A stretch of 63,535 nt of DNA, filler included, from Folioceros fuciformis (lineage: Eukaryota), in assembly GCA_049999805.1 (NCBI GenBank). It is 4 parts of 4 records of this genome, joined end to end, with 100 filler letters (N's around TTAATTAATTAA, not from the genome) between each part and the next. Parts side by side here need not be neighbours in the genome. Positions count along the whole stretch, not along the records: positions 1 to 30,695 come from JBNGIO010004564.1; 3 more parts are not named here. One strand, given 5' to 3'. A program made the translations under genes and the position numbers. This document shows, piece after piece, positions 1 to 11,901 of this stretch. Numbering within the stretch: the stretch's first letter is position 1; each line of letters starts with the position of its first letter. The notes beneath the pieces were generated by a model, which did not search any database, was not told where the DNA came from, and saw nothing but the letters and a program-made list of their open reading frames with translations.

Positions 1-75
1 GTACCAGTACCAGTACCAGTAGTAGCAGTAGGCAACGGGGACGGGCCGGGCCGGGCCGGGCCGGGCCGGGCCGGC
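1..75. repeat. Short microsatellites (GTACCA)3 and (GGGCC)~6
   Basis: Read directly: gtacca x3 at 1-18 and gggcc repeats at ~42-74. Confidence 0.9.
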
Positions 76-1084
76 CTAACACAAGACCCGTGCCACGTCC
101 TCTCACTTAACTTGAGCTTGAGATTACCCGTTCCGTTCCAAGGGCAGATAAACCCGTTCATATTTCACTGAGAAAGAACAAGAAAAATATTTAAAATAAA
201 TATGAAATATTCAAACTTACTTCATTCTTTGAAAAACGTGGCAGGTGTAAGCACATGCATGTACTGTTCTCACATACATATTTGTACACCTCGAGCAGCA
301 ACCCGGAACCCGAACCTTGTTGTTAAGGTATGGCCCATGGGTGTAAGAAGAAATTATTTGGCTTGGGTTACAAAAGTCAAACAACGACAACTTGTACAAC
401 CTTGGGTTCTATACGCATACAAATATACAATATTTATTCATTATTGCGATATGGCATATTTAGACCGAGTTCGAGTATGGTACATATGGTATCTTAGATC
501 TTCTTGTGACAGAAGAGTAGTATATATAGTATGTTCTCTGGGTGGATGGGTGTATGCTGTCTTCATCAATGTGTACTATGTAAGATCTTCATCATGGCGC
601 AGTTCATTCATTCCATTTAACAAGCGAACCCAACTGCGTCATCTCTTTCCTATTTGTCGCTTGTCCAACATGCACAAGTTATGTACATGCATTATATAAG
701 TGTACCGTACTGATAATATCCACTTTTTTAGGAGGTTGTTTGTGGTGATATTGTCTCGCATATTTCGGAAGCTTTTAATGTTTGTGACTTTAGTACTTAC
801 ATGGTTCATTTAGGGTTTAGACTTTCTAAGTGCCAATGAAACACATGATTATGATGCCAATATGCATATTTAGGAAGAGGAAGAGTTTTAATGAAGTTTG
901 ACAAAGAGAATACTAAAAACCTAAAAAGAGGAAGAACCTATCTAGCCCAAGAGATGGATGTGCTATAAGAAGAGTTGAAACCATAACCTTCCTTTAAGTT
1001 AGGTTGAACAATTGAATCCTCCAGGCAATCCAATCCAATTTTGATATCATGAACGCATACATGTAAGCAAAAGGAGTAGCTGCT

Positions 1085-2095
1085 TCATTGAATACAAAAC
1101 TTGGTTTCCTCAAGGGCATCACTCATTATTGTGTCTGTGTATATGGTATGATTTTCAAGATCTTGGTATGGGAGGATATCAACTTTAGTCTTCTTTGGCT
1201 TCACGTAAGAGCCACACAACAACATGTCATTTCTCCAAACACCTTCATATTTTGCTGAGATTTTGGCAAAGTAGTAGATTCCAGGACCTTCTTTCACACC
1301 ATCAATGAAATGTCCTTCATACACATCTCCATTTGCTACACAAACACACACACACACAACAACAACAAAGTAGCCCAATTCAACAACTTTGCTCTTAACA
1401 TAAGGGTTGTCAATGCATCATTGAATTCAATTTGCCCACATATGATCATCCTTCAATTATATTCACTCTAAGGCATGTCCAAGGGATCTTTAAAGTAGGT
1501 TTAGTAGTAGACAATGCTCACCCATTTTGAGAGACCCCACTCCATGCCTCCTGTCCTCTTTCCATTCCCCATGGTACATTGCATACACACCGAGCTTTCC
1601 TGTGAAATATGTTTGCTTGCCAAGACCATGCCTCATTCCTTTCACAAAACTCCCATCATATTTCTCACCACACTCTCCATTTAAAACTCCTTTCCCCTAC
1701 AACAAGGATTAGGGTTCTGGGTTACTTAAGACTTGGCTTGCAATGAAAGAAAAGACAAACTTCAAGCTGATGCATGAGCAATGCACGAATATGTAGCATA
1801 ACATTGGACCAAGAGTAGAGCATTGGACCAGAGCATAGCACATCAATGCTTACCTCAAACAATCCATTCTTCCATTCTCCTCTATAGAGCACCATAAATT
1901 TTCCTTTGTCGATTGTCCAAAATATACCACGCCCTTCCCTCTTGCCATTTTTCCACTGTCCTTCATATCGGTTTCCATTCTTGTACACATGAATAAGCAC
2001 TGACGCTAATTTTCTACTTTTTCTCTGTGAGTGGCATGGAACAACCTAGTGCCATTGGATCAAAGTTCAAATTTTTGTTATGGAGACATGAGGAA

Positions 2096-2126
<31 letters not shown>

Positions 2127-2547
2127 TGATTGATCAAACCCACAATTGGTTATGTTGTTGTTTATCCATGAATTTGCATATCATTTCCATGCTCATCAAC
2201 TACTGGGAAATTGATGATGTAGCCTGATCAACTCATCCAATCAACAATGGATTAGTATGAATGGTGGTAAAAAAAGGTTCTTAAACAGAAATCCATGTGC
2301 GCACTCTGATTGTATTTGTTGGTCCAAGAATAAGCGTACCGTCTCTCTTGTTGTGTGCCCAGTCTCCACAGTATAAATCGCCTGTGATCCAGTGGACGTA
2401 TGGTCGAAAACCATTCTTGTTTGCAATTTCATCCCTGTGCTTGGCCCGTTTCCCGCTTGTTTCAACCACGGGTTCCATGGGCTCCATGTTGTCACGGTTA
2501 CGGGTGCGGGTGCCCAAAACTGGATCCACTGCTTGGATCCCTGACAT
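1085..2547 (-). CDS. MORN3: MORN repeat protein, MORN3-like (axonemal/sperm-associated), 4 exons
   Basis: Exons ~2547-2340, ~1999-1854, 1696-1522 and 1335-1085 with GT-AG borders and consistent phases. MORN repeats: GDLYCGDWAHNKRDG, GNRYEGQWKNGKREG, YHGEWKEDRRHGVG, GDVYEGHFIDGVKEGPG. N-terminal ANKNGFRPYVHW and C-terminal YEGVWRNDMLLCG match the MORN3 layout. The start codon and the exon 2 acceptor are approximate. Confidence 0.75.
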
Positions 2548-3140
2548 GAGAGAGTAAGAAAACAGTGATGACGATGGCGGGAATGAGCGCTGCAATCCGT
2601 GCAGACATTCGACTTCCCTTCCTGTCCCGATACCCCCAACTAGATGGTGCCAAGAAATTGGGCAACGGGCTCTTATTATTCCCTGCGCTCCAGGCTACCG
2701 CTGCCCCCAACATCTTCCCTTCCATGTGGAATGCCCTCGAGGGGTCTTGGATCGCGGGCCAGGCTAGGGTTTCCTGTAACCAACCAGCAGGGGTTGGTTG
2801 GTTGCCTGTAATTGGCGCCCTCCGCACTTCGCGGCATGCGCGGTCCCTGTCCGACGGCGTTACATATGTACACGCATATGCACGACCGTAATTCCAGCCG
2901 CGTCCATTATGACAACCGAGTAGAGTATGTACTGTACAGTACATGCTGTCGGAATTGGGTGGATCCCACGCCGGCGGAAGCCGGACTTTCTGCAGTCGGG
3001 CCACGGCTATCCCGGGTACCCCGGCTCTATCCCACACACCAGGCGGGCTCAAATTTGCGTCGCTGAGATTGGGAGTGGGATGGAGGTGTGATCGCCGGAA
3101 TTTGCAGCAGTCTGTACAGGAACGCGCGCGCGGGGTTGCG

Positions 3141-4554
3141 ATGTTGAAGTCCGTGGTGGCGCCGCAGCAGCCGCGGGGGCTCCGCTTCCGCCGCGGCATT
3201 GTGGAATTGGAGCTCCTGGACCGGGCCCAGGCTCCGTCCCGGCTGCGATGGCGGCAGCCCGGGCGGGGGACAGCCCGTCTCCGGGTACACTGCGTCGCCG
3301 GGGGCTCGCTGCTGGAGCACCGGCGCTCTCTGCACACCGCAAAGGACCGGGTGGACATTCTCGCTGAGGCGCTGCCCTTTATCCAGCGCTTCCATGACAA
3401 GACCGTGGTGGTGAAGTACGGGGGAGCTGCCATGAAGGACACCTCCCTCATGGACGGCGTCATCAAGGACCTGGTGCTGCTCTCCTGCGTCGGCCTGCGC
3501 CCCGTGCTGGTGCATGGAGGCGGCCCCGAGATCAACACCTGGCTCACCAGGCTCGGAATTCAGCCGCAATTCAAGGACGGCCTCCGCGTCACCGACGGGC
3601 CTACCATGGAGGTTGTGGAGATGGTGCTCGTCGGAAAGGTGAGCGAGTTCTACAGCGCTTGTGGCCAATTTTCGAGGTAGGGCTGCCGCAGCCGCAACAG
3701 GCACACCGTGGCCTGACATGGAATTTGTGTTTGCAGGTTAATAAGTCGCTGGTGTCCCTGATTAACAAGGCCGGAGGGACTGCGATAGGGATGTGCGGCA
3801 AGGATGGGAAGCTGATTACGGCCCGCCCCGTCGGTGGCGATCTGGGATTTGTGGGCGAGATTACCTACGTCAACTCTGGAGTCTTGCAGGTACACACCAG
3901 GATGCCTCTGCGTGTGTGTGTTTTGCTTCTGTTCGTTGACTGGAGTGTTGTAACGTTTGCAGGAGAGGGTTGAGGACCAGTGTGTGCCTGTTTTGGTTTG
4001 GTTTCTTTCATCTGTTGTTGTGCACAACCTTTGCAGGCAGAAAACATCAGGATGAGCCAGCCAGCTTGTCTTGCTTTCTCGGTTTCGTTCCGTTCCCCTT
4101 CGGTCCGGTCCGGTCCGGTTCGTCAATTTGTTGTTGTAACCGTGGGAGCCATGCCATGGTGCAGGGTATCTTGCGGGACGGAAATATCCCAGTCATAGCG
4201 TCGGTTGCGGCGGACAATGAAGGGCAGGCGTACAATATCAATGCAGACACGGCGGCGGGGGAGATTGCTGCGTCCCTAGGGGCCGAGAAGGTCATCCTCA
4301 TGACTGATGTCCCAGGTGTCATGCTCGACAAGAACGACGTTAGCACCCTGGTGAAGGAGGTGGACATCAAGGGAATTAGGAAGCTGATTGCCGATGGGAT
4401 TGTGAAAGGAGGCATGATCCCCAAAGTGGAATGCTGCGTGCGCTCAGTGGCACAAGGTGTGCGAGCTGCGCACATAATCGATGGCAGAGAACCTCATTCT
4501 CTCCTGCTGGAGATTTTGACGGATGAAGGGGCGGGCACCATGATCAGGGGCTGA
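3141..4554 (+). CDS. NAGK: N-acetylglutamate kinase, plastid (ArgB), 3 exons
   Basis: Exons 3141-3638, 3737-3889 and 4165-4554. Motifs [39 protein letters not shown] and [10 protein letters not shown]. Arg-rich transit-peptide-like N-terminus. Confidence 0.97.
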
Positions 4555-4918
4555 TGATGAGGTCGATGCCAACAATCCTGTTCCAGGACTTTTGCATGCT
4601 GCACTCCCACTCCCACTCGCACTCGCAATCCCACTCCCACTCCTACTCCCACTGGCCAAGACTTGATGAGGCAATTCCTGCTGCACATTTGTTTGTTGGT
4701 GCTGGATGAGTTTGTTTGTGCCCTGTTGCCAGTAGGAAACAAACTTATCCGTCCTCGAGACTTGGAAGATTCACGACCACGCGGACTACATACTTGCCTT
4801 GAGCATACATCTCAGCGGATTGCTTGGAGCGGAGTGAGTGGTTCCAGAGACAAAAAGCCCTAATTCGCAGGGTTCTACAGGAGCAGACCGCCGAAGCATT
4901 TGAACGTGCTCTCGAGTG

Positions 4919-6133
4919 ATGGGAAGAGTGCATGCTCGCATTCCTTCCCTGTTTCTGCGTTTGTGGTGCAGGTCGTTTTCCAGTGCCGACAGCCATGGTG
5001 GAACGAAGACTGGGGTCGCAAAGACGAAGAGGAGGAAGGCGGGACAGGAGGGAGCGGTGGTCCCTGTGGAACTTCGGAGATTACTGAAGCCGTCCGTCGC
5101 CGTGTTCTGGGATCTGGACAACAAGCCGCCGCAGGCCGTGCCGCCCTACGACGCGGCTGTGCGGCTCAAGGATGTGGCGACAGCCTTCGGGGAGGTGGTA
5201 GACACGGTGGCGTACGCGAATCACCATGCCTTCTCGCACCTGCCGGGATGGGTTCGGGAGGAGAGGCATGAGCGAAAGAAACTGGATGCACTGGAGAAAT
5301 CGGGTGTGGTGAAGCCCCAACAGCCTTACATTTGCGGGGTGTGCGGGGCCAAGAAGAAGACCAATGTGGAGTTGAAGAAGCACTTCAAGTCCCTGCACGA
5401 GCGGGAGCAGCGGAAGCGGATGAACCGGCTGGACTCGCTCAGGGGCGGCAGGAGGGTCAAGTACCTGGCCTCTATCGATGACAAGAGCAGCAAGTTCAGG
5501 GACGCGGCGCGAAGCATTCTGGTGCCCAAGCTGGGCTACGGCCTGGCGCCGGAGCTACGCAGGGCGGGGTTCCTCGTCAGGACTGTGGCGGACGAGCCGC
5601 AGGCCGCGGATATGGCTCTGAAACGCCACATGCGCAGGGCCATCGACAAAGGCGTGAACTGCATCTGTCTCGTCTCGGACGATTCGGACTTCGCCGACGT
5701 TCTGCATTCGGCGCGGCAGCAGGACGTGCACACGGTTGTGGTGGGGGAGACGAAGGTGCTGCGGAGGAACGCGGACGTGTGGTTCTCCTGGCAAGATGTA
5801 GCTTCCGGTGCGGCCCTTGCCGCAGCCAACGACACCCACCAGGAGTGGATGGCGGACGCGGGGATTATTGGGGAGGTGTTTGATTTGGCGGATCATGGGC
5901 ATGGAGAAGTCGGGGCCTCGTTTCTGGGCCAGGTTGACAAGCTGGGGCTTGGTGGGCTGTATTATTCCGACAATGACGAGGTTGACGCGGTCGGACTCGG
6001 AGCTGATGCTGAGGCCAGTGATGACGATCTTGATTCGGGGTCTGCTACTTCGTGTCGTCGCCCTTGGGGGGCCCGGGAGCACAAATTTCTTTTCCTGGAT
6101 TCTTCTTCTGACGAAGATAATGAATTCAGGTGA
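4919..6133 (+). CDS. NYN (PIN-like/LabA-DUF88) domain protein with an internal C2H2 zinc finger, intronless
   Basis: VAVFWDLDN, QAADMAL and CLVSDDSDF acidic motifs of NYN domains. CGVCG...KKHFKSLH zinc finger, organelle-transit-like N-terminus and acidic tail. Confidence 0.85.
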   Translation: MGRVHARIPSLFLRLWCRSFSSADSHGGTKTGVAKTKRRKAGQEGAVVPVELRRLLKPSVAVFWDLDNKPPQAVPPYDAAVRLKDVATAFGEVVDTVAYANHHAFSHLPGWVREERHERKKLDALEKSGVVKPQQPYICGVCGAKKKTNVELKKHFKSLHEREQRKRMNRLDSLRGGRRVKYLASIDDKSSKFRDAARSILVPKLGYGLAPELRRAGFLVRTVADEPQAADMALKRHMRRAIDKGVNCICLVSDDSDFADVLHSARQQDVHTVVVGETKVLRRNADVWFSWQDVASGAALAAANDTHQEWMADAGIIGEVFDLADHGHGEVGASFLGQVDKLGLGGLYYSDNDEVDAVGLGADAEASDDDLDSGSATSCRRPWGAREHKFLFLDSSSDEDNEFR

Positions 6134-6279
6134 TGGAGGTTTTGAGGGAGAGGCTGGTGCTGCACTTGTTAGTGTATCATGTTTAGGGCTAGGGCTGCTG
6201 GACAGTCGATTGTTCACCTGCAAGAGCTGCTCGAATCCACCGCGCCGGGGCTTTTGCCTAGGCGAAGGAACAGCATAGA

Positions 6280-6287
6280 GTATATCC
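6280..6287. promoter_or_regulatory. P1BS (PHR-binding GNATATNC) upstream of PHT1
   Basis: GTATATCC about 600 bp upstream of the PHT1 ATG. It is a single short motif and could be chance. Confidence 0.4.
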
Positions 6288-6890
6288 CCGCGGTGACCAG
6301 GCTGGAGGATATCGGTCAAGCTCGTGCCCTTCCAGAGTCTCCCTCCCCGCCATGCTATGTACATAGCGTGAGTGTTGTCGCCGCTGTGCATGGTGTTGGA
6401 GCGGGTAACACGTTTGGCGTTGAAACGGCAAGGCTTGCCCTACGCGGATTCTTCTAGCTTGTTCTGGGATTTCCGCGATTGTGGAAATCGTCCTTGTCAG
6501 GGTGCAGTTCTTTTTTTTTTAATTTCTTTTGGGGACGCTGTTCGCTGGAGCGTTCGTACGCCGGGCCTGGGAGCGAAGTTGGCATGTACCACCAAATCGT
6601 GGCTGTCGTTGGTGGGGAGGTGGATTGACGGGTTGGTGGCGGATCCTTCTTCCGGGCCAGAAATCCCCCATGTGGATTTTACGGCCTGACGGCTGGTTGT
6701 GAGGGCGGAAATGAGGAAAAGGTCGAATTGTTTGTTTTGCTGACGTCCTTCGGCTCCGTCTCGAGAGTTGACGACTTGTGCGCTTGGACGGTAAAGCGGA
6801 GAGGAAAAAATGAAGTAGTGTCCTGGTGGAGGGAAGAGTTGTGGTGGTGTGTTTTGCAGGACATGAAAGGCAGAACCTGCTCTAGCCACG

Positions 6891-8660
6891 ATGCATGGAG
6901 GGTCGCCTTTGCGGAAGCTGGAGGTGCTGGAAGCTCTTGACAAGGCCAGGACGCAGTGGTACCATTTCACTACCATCATCGTTGCGGGAGCTGGTTTTTT
7001 CACCGATGCCTATGACTTGTTCTGCATCTCCACCGTCACCAGCCTGCTGGGGCGCATCTACTACTCCCAGCCAGCGACAGGGAAACCCGGAGTGCTGCCC
7101 ATCAACGTCCTGGCGGCTGTGAATGCGGTGGCTCTGTGTGGGACCTTGGTGGGCAATGTGGTGTTCGGCTGGCTCGGGGACAAGATTGGCAGGAGGAAGG
7201 TGTATGGCTGGACCTTGACTCTCATGATCATCTGCTCTATTGGCAGTGGCATCTCCTTCGGCAGCACGGCCAAGTCTGTCATGGCTACCATCTGTTTCTT
7301 CCGCTTCTGGCTGGGCTTCGGCATCGGAGGTGACTATCCACTGTCCGCTACCATCATGTCGGAGTACTCCAACATCAAGACCCGTGGCGCCTTCATCGCT
7401 GCCGTGTTTGCAATGCAGGGGTTCGGAATCCTGTCTGGGGCCACAGTTGGCATCGCCGTGTCCTCGGTTTTCATGCACGCTTACCCGAGGCGCTCGTTTC
7501 TGGAGGATCCTACTGTGCCTCCCCAAGCGGATTATGTGTGGAGGATCATACTGATGCTGGGCGCCGTGCCTGCTGCCGTCACCCTGTACTACAGGCTGAG
7601 GCTGCCCGAGACAGCCCGGTACACAGCTTTGGTGCAAGGGGACATAGATAAAGCTGGAGCGGACATGCTGGCAGGAAAGATGGTGGATGTGCAGCACACT
7701 GCTCGAGGCACGGCGATGGAGAACTGGAAGCCTCGGGTTCAAAGTCTCTTCTCAATGGAATTCGCTACACAGCACGGCTGGCAGTTGCTGGCCACTGCCA
7801 CCTGCTGGTTTCTGTTGGACGTGTCCTTCTTCAGTCAGAATCTGTTCCAGAAGGACATCTTCATTGCTGTAGGCTGGCTGCCTCCTCCCGCGGACATGAG
7901 CGCATTGGAGGAGCTTTTCAGGATCAGCCGAGCTTCCGCACTCATCGCTCTGTGCGCAACTATTCCTGGCTACTGGGTGACGGTGTTCACTGTCGAGTGG
8001 TTGGGGCGTCGTTTCGTGCAGATGCAAGGCTTCTTCTTCATGGCGGTTTTCATGCTCATAATAGCACTGGAATTCTACAATTTCCGAGGCCATAAATGCC
8101 CTGCAGCAGAGATTTCCAAGTCTGGAGAACGCTGCGGAGGCAACCATGTCGGCTTCGTCCTCGTGTATGCGGTCATCTTCTTCTTCTCCAACTTCGGCCC
8201 TAATTCGACCACCTTCATCATCCCTGCCGAGCTGTTTCCTGCCAGCCTGCGAGCCACCTGTTTCGGGATCTCTGCAGCTGCTGGGAAGTTGGGTGCAATT
8301 GTTGGGGCCTTTGGATTTCTGTATGCTAGACAGGCTAGGTCCAAGCACGACCCTGATGCAGAAGCAGGGTACCCTGCAGGCATTGGTGTCAAGCTTGCAT
8401 ATGTGATGTTGGCAGGGGTGAATGTCGTGGGCTTTCTGGTGACAGCGGTTTTGACGCCCGAAACCAAAGGCAAGTCCCTGGAAGCTTTGTCTCGTGATCT
8501 GCACGTCGACGTAGGGCGCACCGAAGACCGGACTCCGCTTTCGGAGGAGTTCGAGTTTGACCCGTCTGAGGAAATGAGACAGGCTGAGGAAATGAGACAG
8601 GCCCAGCAAGTTCCCAGGTCGCCCGGCCTTAGGAAAGTGCAGGTGTACAGTATGATCTGA
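6891..8660 (+). CDS. PHT1: PHT1-family phosphate:H+ symporter (MFS), intronless CDS
   Basis: Signature [13 protein letters not shown], plus [30 protein letters not shown] and PETKGKSLE. An 18-bp in-frame duplication (EEMRQA x2) lies in the tail. Confidence 0.97.
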   Translation: MHGGSPLRKLEVLEALDKARTQWYHFTTIIVAGAGFFTDAYDLFCISTVTSLLGRIYYSQPATGKPGVLPINVLAAVNAVALCGTLVGNVVFGWLGDKIGRRKVYGWTLTLMIICSIGSGISFGSTAKSVMATICFFRFWLGFGIGGDYPLSATIMSEYSNIKTRGAFIAAVFAMQGFGILSGATVGIAVSSVFMHAYPRRSFLEDPTVPPQADYVWRIILMLGAVPAAVTLYYRLRLPETARYTALVQGDIDKAGADMLAGKMVDVQHTARGTAMENWKPRVQSLFSMEFATQHGWQLLATATCWFLLDVSFFSQNLFQKDIFIAVGWLPPPADMSALEELFRISRASALIALCATIPGYWVTVFTVEWLGRRFVQMQGFFFMAVFMLIIALEFYNFRGHKCPAAEISKSGERCGGNHVGFVLVYAVIFFFSNFGPNSTTFIIPAELFPASLRATCFGISAAAGKLGAIVGAFGFLYARQARSKHDPDAEAGYPAGIGVKLAYVMLAGVNVVGFLVTAVLTPETKGKSLEALSRDLHVDVGRTEDRTPLSEEFEFDPSEEMRQAEEMRQAQQVPRSPGLRKVQVYSMI

Positions 8661-9460
8661 CCCACCTCTGTGCTGCAGCTGTAAGCGTACTGTTTGTAAA
8701 CTTTCTCTGTACCATAGAAAACAGACACAGAGGATGCGTAGATCCCAACAATTTGGCCTTCGCTTATTTATCGCTGTCTGCTCGTGTGACAGCCCAGATG
8801 TCACCGAACTCAGGGTCCTTGCTGAGCCTAGTCAGAGAGGAAGATCATCAGACTCCGATGACACATGTTTACCGTGTGCAAGCGAGTTGTCATTGTTCCC
8901 TAAACGCATGCTCGCATCCCGTTGATGCGAGCACAGTAGTATCCCATCCTCAAAGTCATTATGTCATGGACTAGTACCACCGTTCAGATCTCTTGAGGAT
9001 GCCACACGTCTTGTGCCGTCGGTGGAACGAATTGACGCCCGCTGACACCACCCGCTCCGGAAGTTTGTGGTGACACCCGGAGAGAAATGCCGAGCGGAGG
9101 AGGCCATGGGCGGCAGATTCTGTTACCGTGTTGCTGTTGTCACTCTCAGTTCCGTTGTCTTGAGACAAATCCCGTACGCTCGTTTTCCCGGGAAAGACCT
9201 GCCCAGCACTTCTGGGATGATCGTCTCTCTCCAAATATGTAGTGGTGTGGGCATGGGGTTATGTCCGGCAGTTTGCCTATGAAGCACGTCAGGTGAAAGG
9301 CAGGACAAAGATCACAATGGGATCGGCCTTACTCCTCGTCTGGTACAGGTTTATCGTCGTGATGCCTTCCATGTACTTTTGGTGCTTTTTGGGATTATCT
9401 TTCTGCTAACCGCAAGCTGCTCCTGCGAGGGGCGTTCTTTCATATAGCAGAGCTTTCATC

Positions 9461-11683
9461 ATGGAAGACTTGCCTGAAGAAGTGCAACTAGACAAGGCCC
9501 TCAACATCGTGAACACTCTAGGTCAGCGAGGACATCACGCTACCGCCCATACCTTGTATAATCTCCTTCAAGGCTGCATCGAAAGGAAAGGATGTAGAAG
9601 CAGGCCGGAGAGTGCAATCCCTTCTATTCAAACAAAAGTTTAATTCGAAGGTTCTGTATCCTGTGCCCAGTCTTATTCACCTGTTTGCTTCATGTGGCAG
9701 TTTGGCAGAAGCAGACCATGTATTCCGCCATGTAACATAGCCAAATACACGAACATGACAGACCATCATTTCGGCACACTCCCGCTACGGGCAGGGTAAC
9801 GAGGCTTTAAGATGATGTGAAGAGTTGCAACAGGCTGGCGTGGAGCCTAGTGAGTTGATTTATGTCGCAATCCTTAATGCGCGTGTGCTAGTACTGGAGC
9901 CCTGTCGGGGATAGCCTTGTGGGCACGTATGTGAAGTTAAACTGCTTGGATGAGGCTAGGTCAATTTTTGGGGCTGCACAGAAAGACTATTTTTACATGG
10001 ACTACATTGATTGGAGGATACGCTCAGAAGGGGAATGAATGGTCAAGACGCTCTTGATCTCTTCTGGCAGCTGGAACAGCAAGGAATGAATGCCGACAAG
10101 GGTACTTACGTAGCCATCCTCAAGGCATGTGGAACTACAGTAGTATACGTGCAATGGACCAGGGGAGCAAGTACACACCCAGCTTGTCAAATTTGGGTGC
10201 GAATCCGACGTGGTTTTTGGAATCAGCATCATTGACGTGTATGAGATTCTCGACTCTTCTCAGTGCTTGTAGCAACCTTTTGGCTCTCGATCAAGGCAAG
10301 CAGGTTCATGCAGATATCCTGAACGCAGGCTTTCGGGTGAATCAGGTTCTGGGGACAAGTCTCGTAGACATGTATGTCAAATGCAGGAGCATGGATGCTG
10401 CACGAAAAGTTTTTGCCTTCCTTTAAATGAGGACTGCAAGAAATCATGGACGATTATGATTGGGGGCTATGTGGCGCATAGGCACGGGCAAGAAGCTCTT
10501 CAGATGTTTGCAGCAATGCAATGGGAAGGTGTGAAACCAGACAAGGTCATTTCTCGAACCTCCTCCGAGCACGTGCTGATACTGCAGCTTTGACCGGGGT
10601 CCGGATGAGCCATGCATCTGTCACTGAAAGTGGTTACCAGACAGATATCATACTTAAGAGCGCCCTTGTTGACATGTATGCCACAGATGGAAGTATGGGC
10701 GAGGCAGGGGCAGTTTCTGACTCTTCTGCAGAACGAGATGACGTGCTGTCGTGTGCGATGATTGGAGCCCATGCTGAGCGCGATCAGGGTCGAGAAGCGG
10801 TCGAAGTCTTCCTACAAATGCAACAGGACGGGATTGAACCTAGTGCCAGTGCATTTCGAGAGTCCTGCTTAGCGGACCTCGCAGATAGTAAAGCATTCCA
10901 AACCCAACTTACAGAAACTGGCCTTAATGCAGATGAGCAAAATCGGCGGCTCCCTCGTCAAAATGTATGCTAAAGTGCGGGGTCATTGATGAGGCACGGG
11001 AAGTGTTCGACACTGTCTTGAGCCCGAGCCGTGATGTATTGGCGTGGAACACTATGATCGCAGCATATGCCTAGCATGGGCGTGCACCAGAGGCTCTCCA
11101 ACTTTTCCAAAACATGCAACAGGAGGCTCTAAAGCCCAGCAGTATGACTTTCATCAGCGCATTAACTGCTTGCAGCTACGCAGGCTTGCTGACGAAGGCT
11201 CTAGGATCATACAAATGATGTCCCGACGAGTTCGGCATCATCCCAGCAACAGAACACTACGCATGCATGCTGGACATCCTCTGCCGTTCTGAGCATGTGT
11301 ACGAAGCAAAGGACTTCGTCAGCAACATGCCACTAGAACCTGACGCCTTGCTGTGGAAGACTCTTCTCCCTGGATGCAGAACCTAGAGGAACGTAGAGCT
11401 CGGAACGCTATACTTCGAGGCCGTCATGATATTAGATGCCATTAACTCTGCTGCATTTACACTCATGTCAAACATTTATGCTGATGCTGGAAGAAAGGAG
11501 GACGCAGTACATGTTCGGAAGCGGATGTTGGATGCAGGTACCAGGAAGGAACCAGGACGGACATGGATTGACGTGGACGAAGATGTCTACACTTTCGTAG
11601 CAGAAGAGTCAGATCGTACCCAAAGTAAGCTCTCTTATGCAACGTTGAAAGCCTTGGTACAGGCTGGTGAGCCGTGCTGGTAG
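9461..11683 (+). pseudogene. PLS-class PPR (E/E+ type) RNA-editing factor pseudogene
   Basis: PPR motifs in shifting frames: GTSLVDMYVKC, SWTIMIGGYVAHRHGQEALQMF, SALVDMYA and EHYACMLDIL, plus E domain and PG box RKEPGRTWIDV. Many stops and frameshifts; no DYW domain visible. Confidence 0.88.
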
Positions 11684-11901
11684 TGGGGTTCTCAAAAACT
11701 ACAAATAACCTCGTCAGCCAGTGTGAGTTGTCTAAATGGCAGGGTATCAACGGCACACGTGTCCTGGAAAGATGGTCTCCAAATGGCTATGGAGAAGCAG
11801 GAGCTGTGCTCTGTTCCTGAGCTAGCAGAGCTCCCCTGCAACATACGTGTGCTCCCTGCCCAGCGATTCTGTCAGAGTAGCGTTTTGGTATCCTGGACGG
11901 T

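Noticed and set aside
507-526. miR156-like TGACAGAAGAG
   Set aside because: Only 11 nt match and no convincing star arm.
202-699. 165-aa ORF
   Set aside because: AT-rich, no motifs; looks like non-coding sequence downstream of the MORN gene.
9461-11683. PPR gene rescued by U-to-C editing or splicing
   Set aside because: Such editing is organellar and cannot repair the multiple frameshifts, and no consistent introns remove them.
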